Shown here in pieces: positions 19,529 through 28,275 of a stretch of 64,000 nucleotides of DNA (its first letter is position 1; every line of letters starts with the position of its first letter). A program made the translations under genes and the position numbers. Source of the stretch: Archangiaceae bacterium (GTDB taxonomy: Bacteria > Myxococcota > Myxococcia > Myxococcales > Myxococcaceae). The DNA lies in the NCBI GenBank assembly GCA_016714225.1, contig JADJNS010000012.1, positions 253,422 to 317,421 on the forward strand. Reading direction: 5' to 3'. Under the pieces are notes generated by a model. The model did no database searches. It was not told where the DNA came from and saw only the letters and a list, made by a program, of their open reading frames with translations.

Positions 19529-20617
19529 ATGGAGAAGCAGCGGCACGACAAAGAGGCGATCGCACGGGTGAGCCAGGCGCTGCGCGACATTCGCCGCGGC
19601 AAGCTGGTCATTCTCACCGACGACGAAGATCGCGAGAACGAAGGCGACCTGGTGATGGCGGCCGAGAAGGTGACGCCCCAGGCGATCAACTTCATGGCCA
19701 AGCACGGCCGCGGGCTGATCTGCCTCTCGCTCACTGAAGAGCGGCTCAAGCAGCTGCAGCTGCCCCTGATGGTGCAGGACAACTCGTCGTCGTTTGGCAC
19801 CGCCTTCACCGTCTCGGTCGAAGCGGCGCGCGGCGTGAGCACCGGCATCTCGGCGGCCGACCGGGCGCACACCATCAAGGTGTGCGTGGCGAAGAACGCC
19901 AGGCCGGCCGACCTGGTTCGACCGGGCCACATCTTCCCCCTGCGTGCGCGCGAGGGCGGGGTGCTGGTGCGCACCGGCCAGACCGAAGGCAGCGTCGACC
20001 TGGCGCGCATGGCGGGGCTCTTTCCCGCGGGTGTCATCTGCGAGGTGATGAACGACGACGGCACCATGGCCCGGCGCAACGAGCTGCAGAAGTTCGCCAA
20101 GAAGCACCGCCTGGTGCTGCTGTCGGTCGCCGACCTGATCACCTACCGCCTCTCGCACGAGCGGCTGGTGCGGCGGGTGGCGACCGAGCAGGTGAGCGGC
20201 GGCGCCTACGGTGACTTCACCGCCCACGCATACAAGAGCGACGTCGACCCCGAGGTGCACATCGCGCTGGTGAAGGGCGACGTGTCGAACGGCGCGCCGG
20301 TGCTGGTGCGCATGCACCGCGCCTCGGTGCTGGGCGATCTGCTCGACCCGGGCTCGTGCTCGAGCGCGCTCGAGGCGATCAGCAAAGAGGGCCGTGGAGT
20401 GCTGGTGTACCTGCACAAGCACGCCACCGGGGCCGAGGCGCTCTCGCAGCGGCCGGCTACAGGCACGTTGCGCGAGCTGGGCGTGGGTGCGCAGATTCTG
20501 AAAGACCTGGGGTTGTCGAAGCTTCGGCTGATCACCTCGGCGCCGAAGCGCATCGTGGGCCTCGACAGCTACGGCCTTCAGGTGGTGGAACAGGTGAAGC
20601 CGGGTAAAAAACGGTAA
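19529..20617 (+). CDS. ribB: 3,4-dihydroxy-2-butanone-4-phosphate synthase fused to a degenerate GTP-cyclohydrolase-II-like domain (RibBX-type)
   Basis: The RibB domain is intact ([17 protein letters not shown]...GRGLICL...TGISAADR). The C-terminal domain keeps the GCH-II scaffold ([29 protein letters not shown]) but lacks the Zn-binding cysteines. An alternative start lies at 19487. Confidence 0.85.
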   Translation: MEKQRHDKEAIARVSQALRDIRRGKLVILTDDEDRENEGDLVMAAEKVTPQAINFMAKHGRGLICLSLTEERLKQLQLPLMVQDNSSSFGTAFTVSVEAARGVSTGISAADRAHTIKVCVAKNARPADLVRPGHIFPLRAREGGVLVRTGQTEGSVDLARMAGLFPAGVICEVMNDDGTMARRNELQKFAKKHRLVLLSVADLITYRLSHERLVRRVATEQVSGGAYGDFTAHAYKSDVDPEVHIALVKGDVSNGAPVLVRMHRASVLGDLLDPGSCSSALEAISKEGRGVLVYLHKHATGAEALSQRPATGTLRELGVGAQILKDLGLSKLRLITSAPKRIVGLDSYGLQVVEQVKPGKKR

Positions 20618-20631
20618 GGTCGAAAGCAACG

Positions 20632-21141
20632 ATGGCTCGCTATTTCGAAGGCAATCTGGTCGCTCCCAACGGTCGGTTCGCGATCTGCGTGAGCCGCTTC
20701 AACGCGTTCATCACCGAGGCGCTGCTGCAGGGCGCGCTCGACACGCTCAAGCGGCACGGGGTCGAAGACGACGACATCGACGTGTACCGGGTGCCGGGCA
20801 CCTTCGAGCTGCCCGGCCTGGTGCGCAAGGTGGTCGAGACGCGCCGGCACGTGGGCGTGGTGACCCTGGGCTGCGTGATTCGCGGCGGCACGCCGCACTT
20901 CGACTACGTCTCGGGCGAGGTCAGCAAGGGCATCGGGCAGATCGCCCACACCGCCGAGTGCGCGGTGACGTTCGGGGTGCTCACCTGCGACAACGTCGAG
21001 CAGGCCATCGACCGCGCCGGAGTGAAGGCGGGCAACAAGGGCGCCGAGGCGGCGGTGGCGTGTATCGAGATGGTGAACCTGCACCAGCAGCTGGGCGCGG
21101 CTTCGGCGGTGGTGCTCAAGCCAGTGAAGAAGAAGGCCTGA
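20632..21141 (+). CDS. ribH: 6,7-dimethyl-8-ribityllumazine synthase
   Basis: 169 aa. RFAICVSRFNAFITEALLQGA...VPGTFELP...GCVIRGGTPHFDYV. Confidence 0.95.
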   Translation: MARYFEGNLVAPNGRFAICVSRFNAFITEALLQGALDTLKRHGVEDDDIDVYRVPGTFELPGLVRKVVETRRHVGVVTLGCVIRGGTPHFDYVSGEVSKGIGQIAHTAECAVTFGVLTCDNVEQAIDRAGVKAGNKGAEAAVACIEMVNLHQQLGAASAVVLKPVKKKA

Positions 21142-21575
21142 TGGGCTCACGCCACATCGCCCGCGAGCGAGCGCTGCAGGCGCTCTACCAACTCGACGCT
21201 CAGGGCGAAGGGGCGAGCATCAAAGACGCGCTCGACGCCGCGTGGGGCTCGGGTGCCGAGGGCGGCGAGGGGCCACCGGCGGCCGAGACCCGCCAGTTCG
21301 CTCAAGAGCTGGTCGACGGGGTGCGGGGTTTCTTGAAAGAGCTCGACGCCAAGATCGAGCAGCACTCGACGAACTGGCGGGTCGACCGCATGTCGCGCAT
21401 CGATCGCAACGTGCTGCGGCTGGGCGCCTTCGAGCTGATGCACCGGCCCGACGTGCCCAAGAAGGTCGCGCTCAACGAAGCGGTCGAGCTGGGCAAGAAG
21501 TTCGGCAACGAAGAGTCGTCGTCGTTCATCAACGGCCTGCTCGACAAGCTGGCGCAGGGCATCGACAAGCCATGA
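21141..21575 (+). CDS. nusB: transcription antitermination factor NusB
   Basis: 144 aa. ARERALQALYQLD...RIDRNVLRLGAFEL...VALNEAVELGKKFG...FINGLLD. The start overlaps the ribH stop (TGATG). Confidence 0.9.
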   Translation: MGSRHIARERALQALYQLDAQGEGASIKDALDAAWGSGAEGGEGPPAAETRQFAQELVDGVRGFLKELDAKIEQHSTNWRVDRMSRIDRNVLRLGAFELMHRPDVPKKVALNEAVELGKKFGNEESSSFINGLLDKLAQGIDKP

Positions 21576-22036
21576 TTGCCGTCGAGCCGTCGTTGGACTC
21601 GATCGATGCGCTGTCGGGAGTCGACGCGCTCTGCGTGTTCCTCACCGACGACGATCGGCCCCTGCAGGGCATGGCCGGGTACCTCGACTGGCGCATGTGC
21701 GGCGCGCTCTCGCGGGTGCTGCTGGGCGGCTTCTTCAAGGGCGACCGCGGCGAGCAGCTGCTCATGCCGACCAGCGGCGGCATCTCGACCGTCAAGCTCT
21801 TCGCGGTGGGGGCGGGCAGCAGCAAGTCGCTCGACGCCTCGACGCTGGGGCTGTTGCTCGAGAGCTCGGCGCTGATGCTCAAGCGCGCCGGCGTGGGTTC
21901 GGTGGCGCTGTCGCTGCCCAAGTGCGGGCTCGACGACGCGTCGCGCGCCGAGGTGGTGAAGAAGCGGTTTGCGCCGTCGTTCGCTCCGGGCGTCACCACG
22001 GTCTTCGCCGAGAAGAGCCTTCGCGCGTTGCTCTAG
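21572..22036 (+). CDS. stand-alone peptidase-M17 (leucyl aminopeptidase) N-terminal-like domain protein
   Basis: 154 aa. Pattern VDALCVFLTDDD..LQGMAGYLDWRMCGALSRVLLGGFFKGDRGEQLLMP...VKLFAVGAG resembles the M17 N-terminal domain. There is no catalytic domain. ATGA overlap with nusB. Confidence 0.45.
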   Translation: MIAVEPSLDSIDALSGVDALCVFLTDDDRPLQGMAGYLDWRMCGALSRVLLGGFFKGDRGEQLLMPTSGGISTVKLFAVGAGSSKSLDASTLGLLLESSALMLKRAGVGSVALSLPKCGLDDASRAEVVKKRFAPSFAPGVTTVFAEKSLRALL

Positions 22037-22072
22037 CTGGCTCAGCGCCCCGAGGCGGCGCTCAGGGTACGT

Positions 22073-22471
22073 GTGTTACTGTCGCACCCTTCAGTGCCGG
22101 ACCTTTTCAAAGTCTTGGTGGTCGAGGACTCGAAGGCGACGCGGGAGCTGCTCGCGTCGCTGCTCGAAGGACTGGGCAACCTCGAGGTGGTGACGGTGGT
22201 GAGCGGGTTCGAGGCGCTGAAGGTTCTGCCGCGCCATCGCTTCTCGTTGATCGTCACCGACATCAACATGCCCGACATCAACGGGCTCGAGCTGATCAAC
22301 TTCGTGAAGAAGAACCCGCACTACCGCGAGACCCCGCTGTTCGTGGTCACCACCGAGGGCCGCACGCAAGACCGCGAGCGCGGCATGCAGCTGGGCGCCA
22401 GCGAGTACGTGATCAAGCCGTTCGAGCCCGACGCGTTCTGCGCCCTGGTGAAGAAGTACCTCAAGCTCTAG
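22073..22471 (+). CDS. cheY: CheY-like single-domain response regulator
   Basis: VLVVEDS, LIVTDINMPDINGLEL, VVTTEG, YVIKPF. GTG start at 22073, with an alternative GTG at 22094. Confidence 0.9.
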   Translation: MLLSHPSVPDLFKVLVVEDSKATRELLASLLEGLGNLEVVTVVSGFEALKVLPRHRFSLIVTDINMPDINGLELINFVKKNPHYRETPLFVVTTEGRTQDRERGMQLGASEYVIKPFEPDAFCALVKKYLKL

Positions 22472-22482
22472 ATGACCCGCTG

Positions 22483-24516
22483 ATGAGCGAGAAGAAGCCG
22501 GTCACCGAGTTTCTCGCCGAGGCGACCGAGATCGTCGAGGGTCTGTCGCGCGAGCTGGTGGTGCTCGACGAGCACCGCGGTGAAGAGCCCGAGCCCGATC
22601 GGCTGAACTCGATCTTCCGCGCCGCGCACTCGCTCAAGGGGCTGTCGTCGCTGTTCGGGCACGAGCGCATCACGCGGCTGGCGCACGTGCTCGAAGACGC
22701 GCTCGACGCGCTGCGGCTGGGCAAGGTGATGGCCGACGACGCGCTGATCGACGCGTTCGTCGACGCGGTCGATGCGCTGTCGGGGCTGCTCACCATGGCC
22801 TCTCGCGACGAGAGCGAGGGCCCGGCGGCCGAGCGGGCGGTGGCGCTGGCGCAGCACATCGAGTCGCTGCTCAGCCAGGGGCCGACGCCGGTGGAAGACC
22901 CGCTCAAGCAGCTGGGCCTCGAGCCGTCGGTGCTGCACGTGCTCACCGAGTACGAAGAGCACCGGCTGCGCGAGAACGTGAAGAAGGGCGTCACGCTCTA
23001 CAAGGTGCGCGCGGTCTTCTCTCTCGACGACTTCGACCAGCGCCTGACGGCGCTCACCGCGGCGCTCAAGGCGATCGCCGAGGTGGTGAGCACGCTGCCC
23101 TCGGCCCAGGCCTCGGACGAGAGCCACATCGGGTTCGATCTGCTCACCGCGTGCAAGCAGAGCGCGGCCGAGCTCACCCGCGTGCTCGCGCCGTACGGGG
23201 CGAGCCACGCGCTGATCTCTGCCTCTACCGCGCCGCCGCGGCCCCGCCCGTCGGCGCCGCGCCCCGAGCTGGGCTCGTCTTCAGAGCTCTCGCTGCGCTC
23301 GCTGGCGCAGACGGTGCGCGTCGACATCAGCCGGCTCGACAAGCTGATGGCCGCGGTGGGCGACCTGCTGCTCACCCGGTCGAACATCAAGCGCTTCGCC
23401 GAAGGGGCGCGCGCGGCGGGCCCGGGTGGGCTGCACCCGCTGTGGGCGCAAGAGCTGGCCCGCGAGGCCCGCGCGCTCGAGCGCAAGCTCGACGATCTGC
23501 AGAAGGGCATTCTGGAAGTGCGCATGGTGCCGCTGGGCCAGGTGTTCGATCGGCTGGCGCGGCTGGTGCGGCGGCTCTTGCGCGAGAGCGGCAAGGAGAT
23601 CGACTTCGAGATCTCGGGCGGCGACGTCGAGCTCGACAAGCTGATCGTCGAAGACCTGTCGGACCCGCTGATGCACCTGCTCCGCAACGCCATCGACCAC
23701 GGCATCGAGACGCCCGAGCAGCGCGTCGCGGCGGGCAAGTCGCGGCGCGGCAGGGTGCGGCTGTACGCCACCAGCGAAGGCAACCACGTGAAGATCGAGG
23801 TCGGCGACGACGGCGCCGGTCTCGACGAGGCGCGCATTCGCGACGAGGCCCTCAAGCGCGGGCTGGTCACCGCCACCAAGGCGCCCCAGATGCAGCGGCG
23901 CGAGCTGCTCAACCTGGTGTTCCTGCCCGGGTTCTCGACGCGCAAGCAGGTGAGCGAGCTGTCGGGCCGCGGGGTGGGGCTGGACGTGGTGAAGACCAAC
24001 CTGCAGCGGCTCTCGGGGCTGATCGACATCGTCAGCGAGCCGGGGCAGGGCACCACCTTCGTGCTCACCCTGCCGTTGACGCTGGCGATCATTCGCGCGC
24101 TGGTGGTGCAGGCGTCGGGCCACACCTACGCGGTACCGCTGAACTCGGTGCTCGAGATCGTGGCGGTGCGGCCCAGCGAGCTGCGCACCGTCGAGCACCG
24201 GCAGATGCTGTCGGTGCGGGGGCAGACGGTGCCGTTCGTGCGCCTCTCGCAGCTGTTCAAGCTGCCGCTGGTCGAGGTGCAGCAGCACTACGTGGTGCTG
24301 GTGGGGCTGGCGCAGCACCGCATGGGCCTGGCGGTCGACGCGCTGCTCGGCCAGCAAGACGTGGTCACCAAGCCGCTCTCGGCGCGGCTGCGCGACGTGC
24401 GAGGCTTCGCGGGGGCGACCGATCTCGGTGACCGCCGCGCGGTGCTGGTGCTCGACGTGCCCGCGCTGGTGAGCGAGATGATGCGGCCCGCCGACGCAGG
24501 CATGGGGAACCTCTAG
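22483..24516 (+). CDS. cheA: chemotaxis histidine kinase CheA
   Basis: 677 aa. HPt motif FRAAHSLKGLS, dimerisation region, HATPase (DHGIE...GDDGAGLD...GRGVGLDVV) and a C-terminal CheW-like domain. Confidence 0.93.
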   Translation: MSEKKPVTEFLAEATEIVEGLSRELVVLDEHRGEEPEPDRLNSIFRAAHSLKGLSSLFGHERITRLAHVLEDALDALRLGKVMADDALIDAFVDAVDALSGLLTMASRDESEGPAAERAVALAQHIESLLSQGPTPVEDPLKQLGLEPSVLHVLTEYEEHRLRENVKKGVTLYKVRAVFSLDDFDQRLTALTAALKAIAEVVSTLPSAQASDESHIGFDLLTACKQSAAELTRVLAPYGASHALISASTAPPRPRPSAPRPELGSSSELSLRSLAQTVRVDISRLDKLMAAVGDLLLTRSNIKRFAEGARAAGPGGLHPLWAQELAREARALERKLDDLQKGILEVRMVPLGQVFDRLARLVRRLLRESGKEIDFEISGGDVELDKLIVEDLSDPLMHLLRNAIDHGIETPEQRVAAGKSRRGRVRLYATSEGNHVKIEVGDDGAGLDEARIRDEALKRGLVTATKAPQMQRRELLNLVFLPGFSTRKQVSELSGRGVGLDVVKTNLQRLSGLIDIVSEPGQGTTFVLTLPLTLAIIRALVVQASGHTYAVPLNSVLEIVAVRPSELRTVEHRQMLSVRGQTVPFVRLSQLFKLPLVEVQQHYVVLVGLAQHRMGLAVDALLGQQDVVTKPLSARLRDVRGFAGATDLGDRRAVLVLDVPALVSEMMRPADAGMGNL

Positions 24517-25065
24517 GTGCCCTCGTTCGAGCAGCTGCTCGAGGGGTTTCTCTACCGCGAGGGCGAGCCGGGCCTGCCCGGCCTGCAGTGGTTGGAAGAC
24601 GCTCCGGTGCCCGAGGCCAGCACGGTCGAGGCCCCCCACGAGTACCTCGCCTTTCAGCTCACCGACGAGACGTACGCGGTGCCGATCGAGCGGGTGCGCG
24701 AGATCGTCAAGGTGCCGGTGCTCACCGAGGTGCCGCGCGCCGCGCCCGAGCTGCTCGGGGTGATGAACCTGCGCGGCGAGGTGCTGCCGGTCTACGACGT
24801 GCGGGCGCGGCTGTTGCTCACGCAGCAGGTGAAGCCGGTGGGCGGCCCGGAAGACGTGCCTTCGCGGTCGCGCATCGTGGTGGTGCGCAGCGACGACGGC
24901 GACGCGGGAATACTCGCCGACGCGGTCGAGGGCGTGGCGCGGCTGTTGCCGTCGCTCACCGAGGCGGCTCCGCCGGGCGGCACCCAGCGGCCCTACCTGT
25001 CGGGGCTGAGCCGGCGCGGCGAGCGCCTCTACATTCTCCTCGACGTCGAGCGGGTGCTCGAGTGA
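24517..25065 (+). CDS. cheW: CheW coupling protein (copy 1)
   Basis: 182 aa. YLAFQLTDETYAVPIERVREIV...LLGVMNLRGEVLPVYDVR. The GTG start abuts the cheA stop. Confidence 0.9.
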   Translation: MPSFEQLLEGFLYREGEPGLPGLQWLEDAPVPEASTVEAPHEYLAFQLTDETYAVPIERVREIVKVPVLTEVPRAAPELLGVMNLRGEVLPVYDVRARLLLTQQVKPVGGPEDVPSRSRIVVVRSDDGDAGILADAVEGVARLLPSLTEAAPPGGTQRPYLSGLSRRGERLYILLDVERVLE

Positions 25066-25478
25066 GCGGCAGCGTGCAGCTGTGCGCCTTTCGCGCCGGC
25101 GACGAAGAGCTGGTGGTCGACATCATGCGGGTGCAGGAGATCATCGCCCCGCTGCCGCTGACCGCGGTGCCGCGCTCGCCCAGGGCGATCGAGGGCGTGG
25201 TGAACCTGCGCGGCGCGATCGTCCCGGTCGTCGACGTGCGCAAGCAGCTGGGCCTGGGCGAGCCCAAGCAGGCGCCGCGGCCGCGGCTGATCGTCTGCCG
25301 GGTGGGGCCACACCTGCTCGGGCTGCGCGTCGACGGGGTGTCGACGGTGTTTCGCGCCGAGCGCGAGTCGCTCAAGCCGGCTCCGATGGGGCAGGGCAGC
25401 TCGCCGCACATCATCGGCGTGTGCGCCGCGGGTGGAAAGCTGCGGCTCTTGCTCGACGTGCGCGCGCTGCTGGGCTAG
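25062..25478 (+). CDS. cheW: CheW coupling protein (copy 2)
   Basis: 138 aa. LCAFRAGDEELVVDIMRVQEII...IEGVVNLRGAIVPVVDVR. GTGA overlap with copy 1. Confidence 0.85.
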   Translation: MSGSVQLCAFRAGDEELVVDIMRVQEIIAPLPLTAVPRSPRAIEGVVNLRGAIVPVVDVRKQLGLGEPKQAPRPRLIVCRVGPHLLGLRVDGVSTVFRAERESLKPAPMGQGSSPHIIGVCAAGGKLRLLLDVRALLG

Positions 25479-25491
25479 CGAATCGCACCAG

Positions 25492-26718
25492 ATGATCGAG
25501 GAGCTGCACGACGACCCGGGTGCCGAGGGGCGTTACCAGGCGCTGGCGGGCGCCGATCGCGACGCGCTCGTCTCGGCGCTCTACGACCCCAGCTGGCGCG
25601 TGCGCCGGCACGCCGCCGAGCTCGTCGCCCGCGCCGTCGACGATGCCACCGCGGCGAAGCTCATCGCCGTGCTGGGCGATCGCGACCAGACCGGCGCCCG
25701 CAACGCGGCGACCACCGCGCTGGCGCTGGCCGGCCCGGCGGCACGCGCGCCGCTGCTCGAGCTGCTCGGCCACTCCGACCCCGATCAGCGCAAGCTCGCC
25801 GCCGACATTCTCGGCGAGCGCCGCGAGGCCGACGCGCTCGAGGGCCTCGAGCGCGCGCTGGCCGATGCCGACCCCAACGTGCAGGGCGCGGCGGCCGAAG
25901 CGCTGGGCCGCATCGGCGGGCAGCGCGCCAGCCGCACCCTGATGGGCCTGCTCTCTTCGCGAGAGCCGCTGGTGCGCGCCTGCGCGCTCGAGGCGCTGTT
26001 CGCGCTGAAGAAGCCGCCGCCGCTCTCGCTGCTGGTGCCGCTGTTGCCCTCGAAGCAGGCGTTTCGGCTGGTGGGCCTCATCTTCCACCCCTCGGCGAAC
26101 GCGCTGGTCAGCCGCGCGCTCGAGCAGGCGTCGACGCGCGACGCGGCGCTCGCGGCGCTGGGCATGGAAGGGCGCGCCTGGCCACACGACGCCGAGGCGA
26201 TGCTGCGCGCCTCGCTGAAGGTCTCGCCCGACGTGCAGACCTGGCTGGCCCGCATGCTCAAGAGCGACGACCGCGCGCTGCGGGTGGGGGCGATGAACGC
26301 GGTGGCCGCGCTCAAGGCCCACGCGCTCGCGCCCGCGGTGGCCGAGGCGGTGGGGGACGGCTCGGTGGCCGAGGCGGCCTCGCGCGCGCTCACCCGCCTG
26401 GGCCTGTACGGCGCGCTGGCCCTGGTCGAGGGCGAAGTGCCGCCGGTGGTGTCGATGAGCGCAGAAGCGCGCGCGGTGGCGGGCGAGGCGATCATCAGGG
26501 TGGGCGAGCCCCGGCTGGTGCCGGCGCTCGAGCGGTTGCTCGGCTGCTCAGACCCCGAGCTGGCCGAGGTGGCGGTGCGGGCGCTGGGCCGCTGCCGCAC
26601 CCCCGCGGCGATCGTGCCGCTGCTCTCGGCGCTCGAAGACGACGCGCTGGCCTCGGCCGCGGCGCGCGCGCTGGCGCGAATCGGGCGTCGTTTCAGACCG
26701 AGGTGGGGTTCGCGATGA
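25492..26718 (+). CDS. HEAT-repeat (PBS-lyase-like) protein, 408 aa
   Basis: Reiterated ~31-aa units of the type D..WRVRRHAAELVARA / DPDQRKLAADILGE / DPNVQGAAAEALGRIG / EPLVRACALEAL. Confidence 0.7.
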   Translation: MIEELHDDPGAEGRYQALAGADRDALVSALYDPSWRVRRHAAELVARAVDDATAAKLIAVLGDRDQTGARNAATTALALAGPAARAPLLELLGHSDPDQRKLAADILGERREADALEGLERALADADPNVQGAAAEALGRIGGQRASRTLMGLLSSREPLVRACALEALFALKKPPPLSLLVPLLPSKQAFRLVGLIFHPSANALVSRALEQASTRDAALAALGMEGRAWPHDAEAMLRASLKVSPDVQTWLARMLKSDDRALRVGAMNAVAALKAHALAPAVAEAVGDGSVAEAASRALTRLGLYGALALVEGEVPPVVSMSAEARAVAGEAIIRVGEPRLVPALERLLGCSDPELAEVAVRALGRCRTPAAIVPLLSALEDDALASAAARALARIGRRFRPRWGSR

Positions 26719-27416
26719 GCGCGCGCACGCTCGAGCCGCACGTGCTGCGCACCTGGGTGCAGGTCGACCCGGGCGCGGCGCGCGGGGCGGTGCGCGAGGC
26801 GGCACGCGATACCGACGACGGCCTGCGGGCGGCCGCGGCAGAGAGCGCGTGGGCGTTGCCTGAAGACGAGGCCGGCGAGGCGCTGGGGCGGGCGCTGACC
26901 GACGAGGCGGCGGTGGTGCGCCGCGCGGCGGCCCGCGCGCTGCCGCGGGTGGCGAGCGCGGCGGGGCTGCTGGCCCGGGCGCTGGTCGACCGCGAGGCCT
27001 CGGTGGTGGCCGCGGCCTGCGACGCGGCGGCCGAGCTGAAGGTGCCGGCGGTGAAGGCGCGGCTCGAAGAGCTGCTGGGGGCCGGCGACGGCTTCGTGGT
27101 GCTGGCGGCGCTGCAGGGCTTGAGCGCGCTGGGGGCGGTCGACCCGGTGCAGGCCGAGCGGGCGCTGGGGCACGCCGACCCCGAGGTGGTGAAGGCGGCG
27201 CTGGCGCTGTTCGCCGAGCGGCCGGGCACCGCGGTGGCCGCCATCGCGCTGCTGCAGCACCCGCGGTGGGACGTGCGGGCCGCGGCCGCGCGCGCGCTCG
27301 AGGTGGCGGGCACCGCGGCGGCGGTGGCGGCACTGCGGCACGCGCTGGCCCGCGAGCAAGACGCGATGGCGCGGCAGATCATCGCGGCGGCGGCGGCGCG
27401 GCTGGGAGACCTCTGA
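26715..27416 (+). CDS. HEAT-repeat protein, 233 aa
   Basis: ATGA overlap with the preceding HEAT gene. Units AAVVRRAAARALP, EASVVAAACDAAAEL, DPEVVKAALALF, RWDVRAAAARALE. An alternative GTG lies at 26703. Confidence 0.65.
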   Translation: MSARTLEPHVLRTWVQVDPGAARGAVREAARDTDDGLRAAAAESAWALPEDEAGEALGRALTDEAAVVRRAAARALPRVASAAGLLARALVDREASVVAAACDAAAELKVPAVKARLEELLGAGDGFVVLAALQGLSALGAVDPVQAERALGHADPEVVKAALALFAERPGTAVAAIALLQHPRWDVRAAAARALEVAGTAAAVAALRHALAREQDAMARQIIAAAAARLGDL

Positions 27417-27426
27417 CGGTGGCGCG

Positions 27427-28275
27427 ATGATCGACGAGCCGCGGCTGACCATGACCGCCGAGCAGTTTCGCCTGCTCTCGGACCTGGTGCACGGCGCGAG
27501 CGGGCTGGCGATGCGCGAAGACTTCAAGTTCGTCGCCGAGCGCCGCCTGCTGCCGCGGGTCGAGGCGCTGGGGCTGTCGGACTTCGGGGCCTACCAGCGC
27601 TACCTGCGCTTCGACGCGCGCGGCCGAGAAGAGCTCGAGCTGGCGTGCGAGCTGCTCTTGCCGCACGAGACGTACTTCTTTCGCGAGCCCAACCAGCTCG
27701 AGTGCTTCGTGAACGAGATCGTACCCCGGCTGGTCGAGCAGCACCGCGGCCGGCGGCGCTTGAGGCTCTGGTCGGCCGGCTGCAGCACCGGCGAAGAGCC
27801 GTACACGCTGGCCATGCTGCTGGAAGAGACCGGCCGCTTCGAGGGCTGGGACGTGCAGGTTCACGGCACCGACCTGAGCCGCCGGGTCTTGAGCACCGCG
27901 CGCAAGGCAGAGTACGCGCCGAGCGCGCTGCGCTCGACCTCGCCCGAGCGCAAGCTGCGTCACTTCGAGGTGGTGCCGGGAGGCAAGGTGCGGGTCAAGG
28001 CACCCCTGCGCGCGCAGGTGTCGTTCAGCCACCTGAACCTGATCGTGCCCGAGGCGGCCGACCTGCTCCCGTTCATGGACGTGGTGTTCTGCCGCAACGT
28101 GCTCATCTACTTCGACCTCGAGGCGCGGCGGCGCGTCATCTCGTCGCTCTACCGGCGCATGCAGCCGGGCGCGTGGCTCTTGCTGGGGCATTCTGAGAGC
28201 CTGCTCACCGTCACCACCGACTTCGAGATCGTGCAGCTCGACGGCGATCTGGTCTACCGGGTGGGGCAGTCGTGA
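27427..28275 (+). CDS. cheR: chemotaxis protein methyltransferase CheR
   Basis: 282 aa. ETYFFREP, RLWSAGCSTGEEPYTLAMLL, VFCRNVLIYF. Confidence 0.92.
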   Translation: MIDEPRLTMTAEQFRLLSDLVHGASGLAMREDFKFVAERRLLPRVEALGLSDFGAYQRYLRFDARGREELELACELLLPHETYFFREPNQLECFVNEIVPRLVEQHRGRRRLRLWSAGCSTGEEPYTLAMLLEETGRFEGWDVQVHGTDLSRRVLSTARKAEYAPSALRSTSPERKLRHFEVVPGGKVRVKAPLRAQVSFSHLNLIVPEAADLLPFMDVVFCRNVLIYFDLEARRRVISSLYRRMQPGAWLLLGHSESLLTVTTDFEIVQLDGDLVYRVGQS

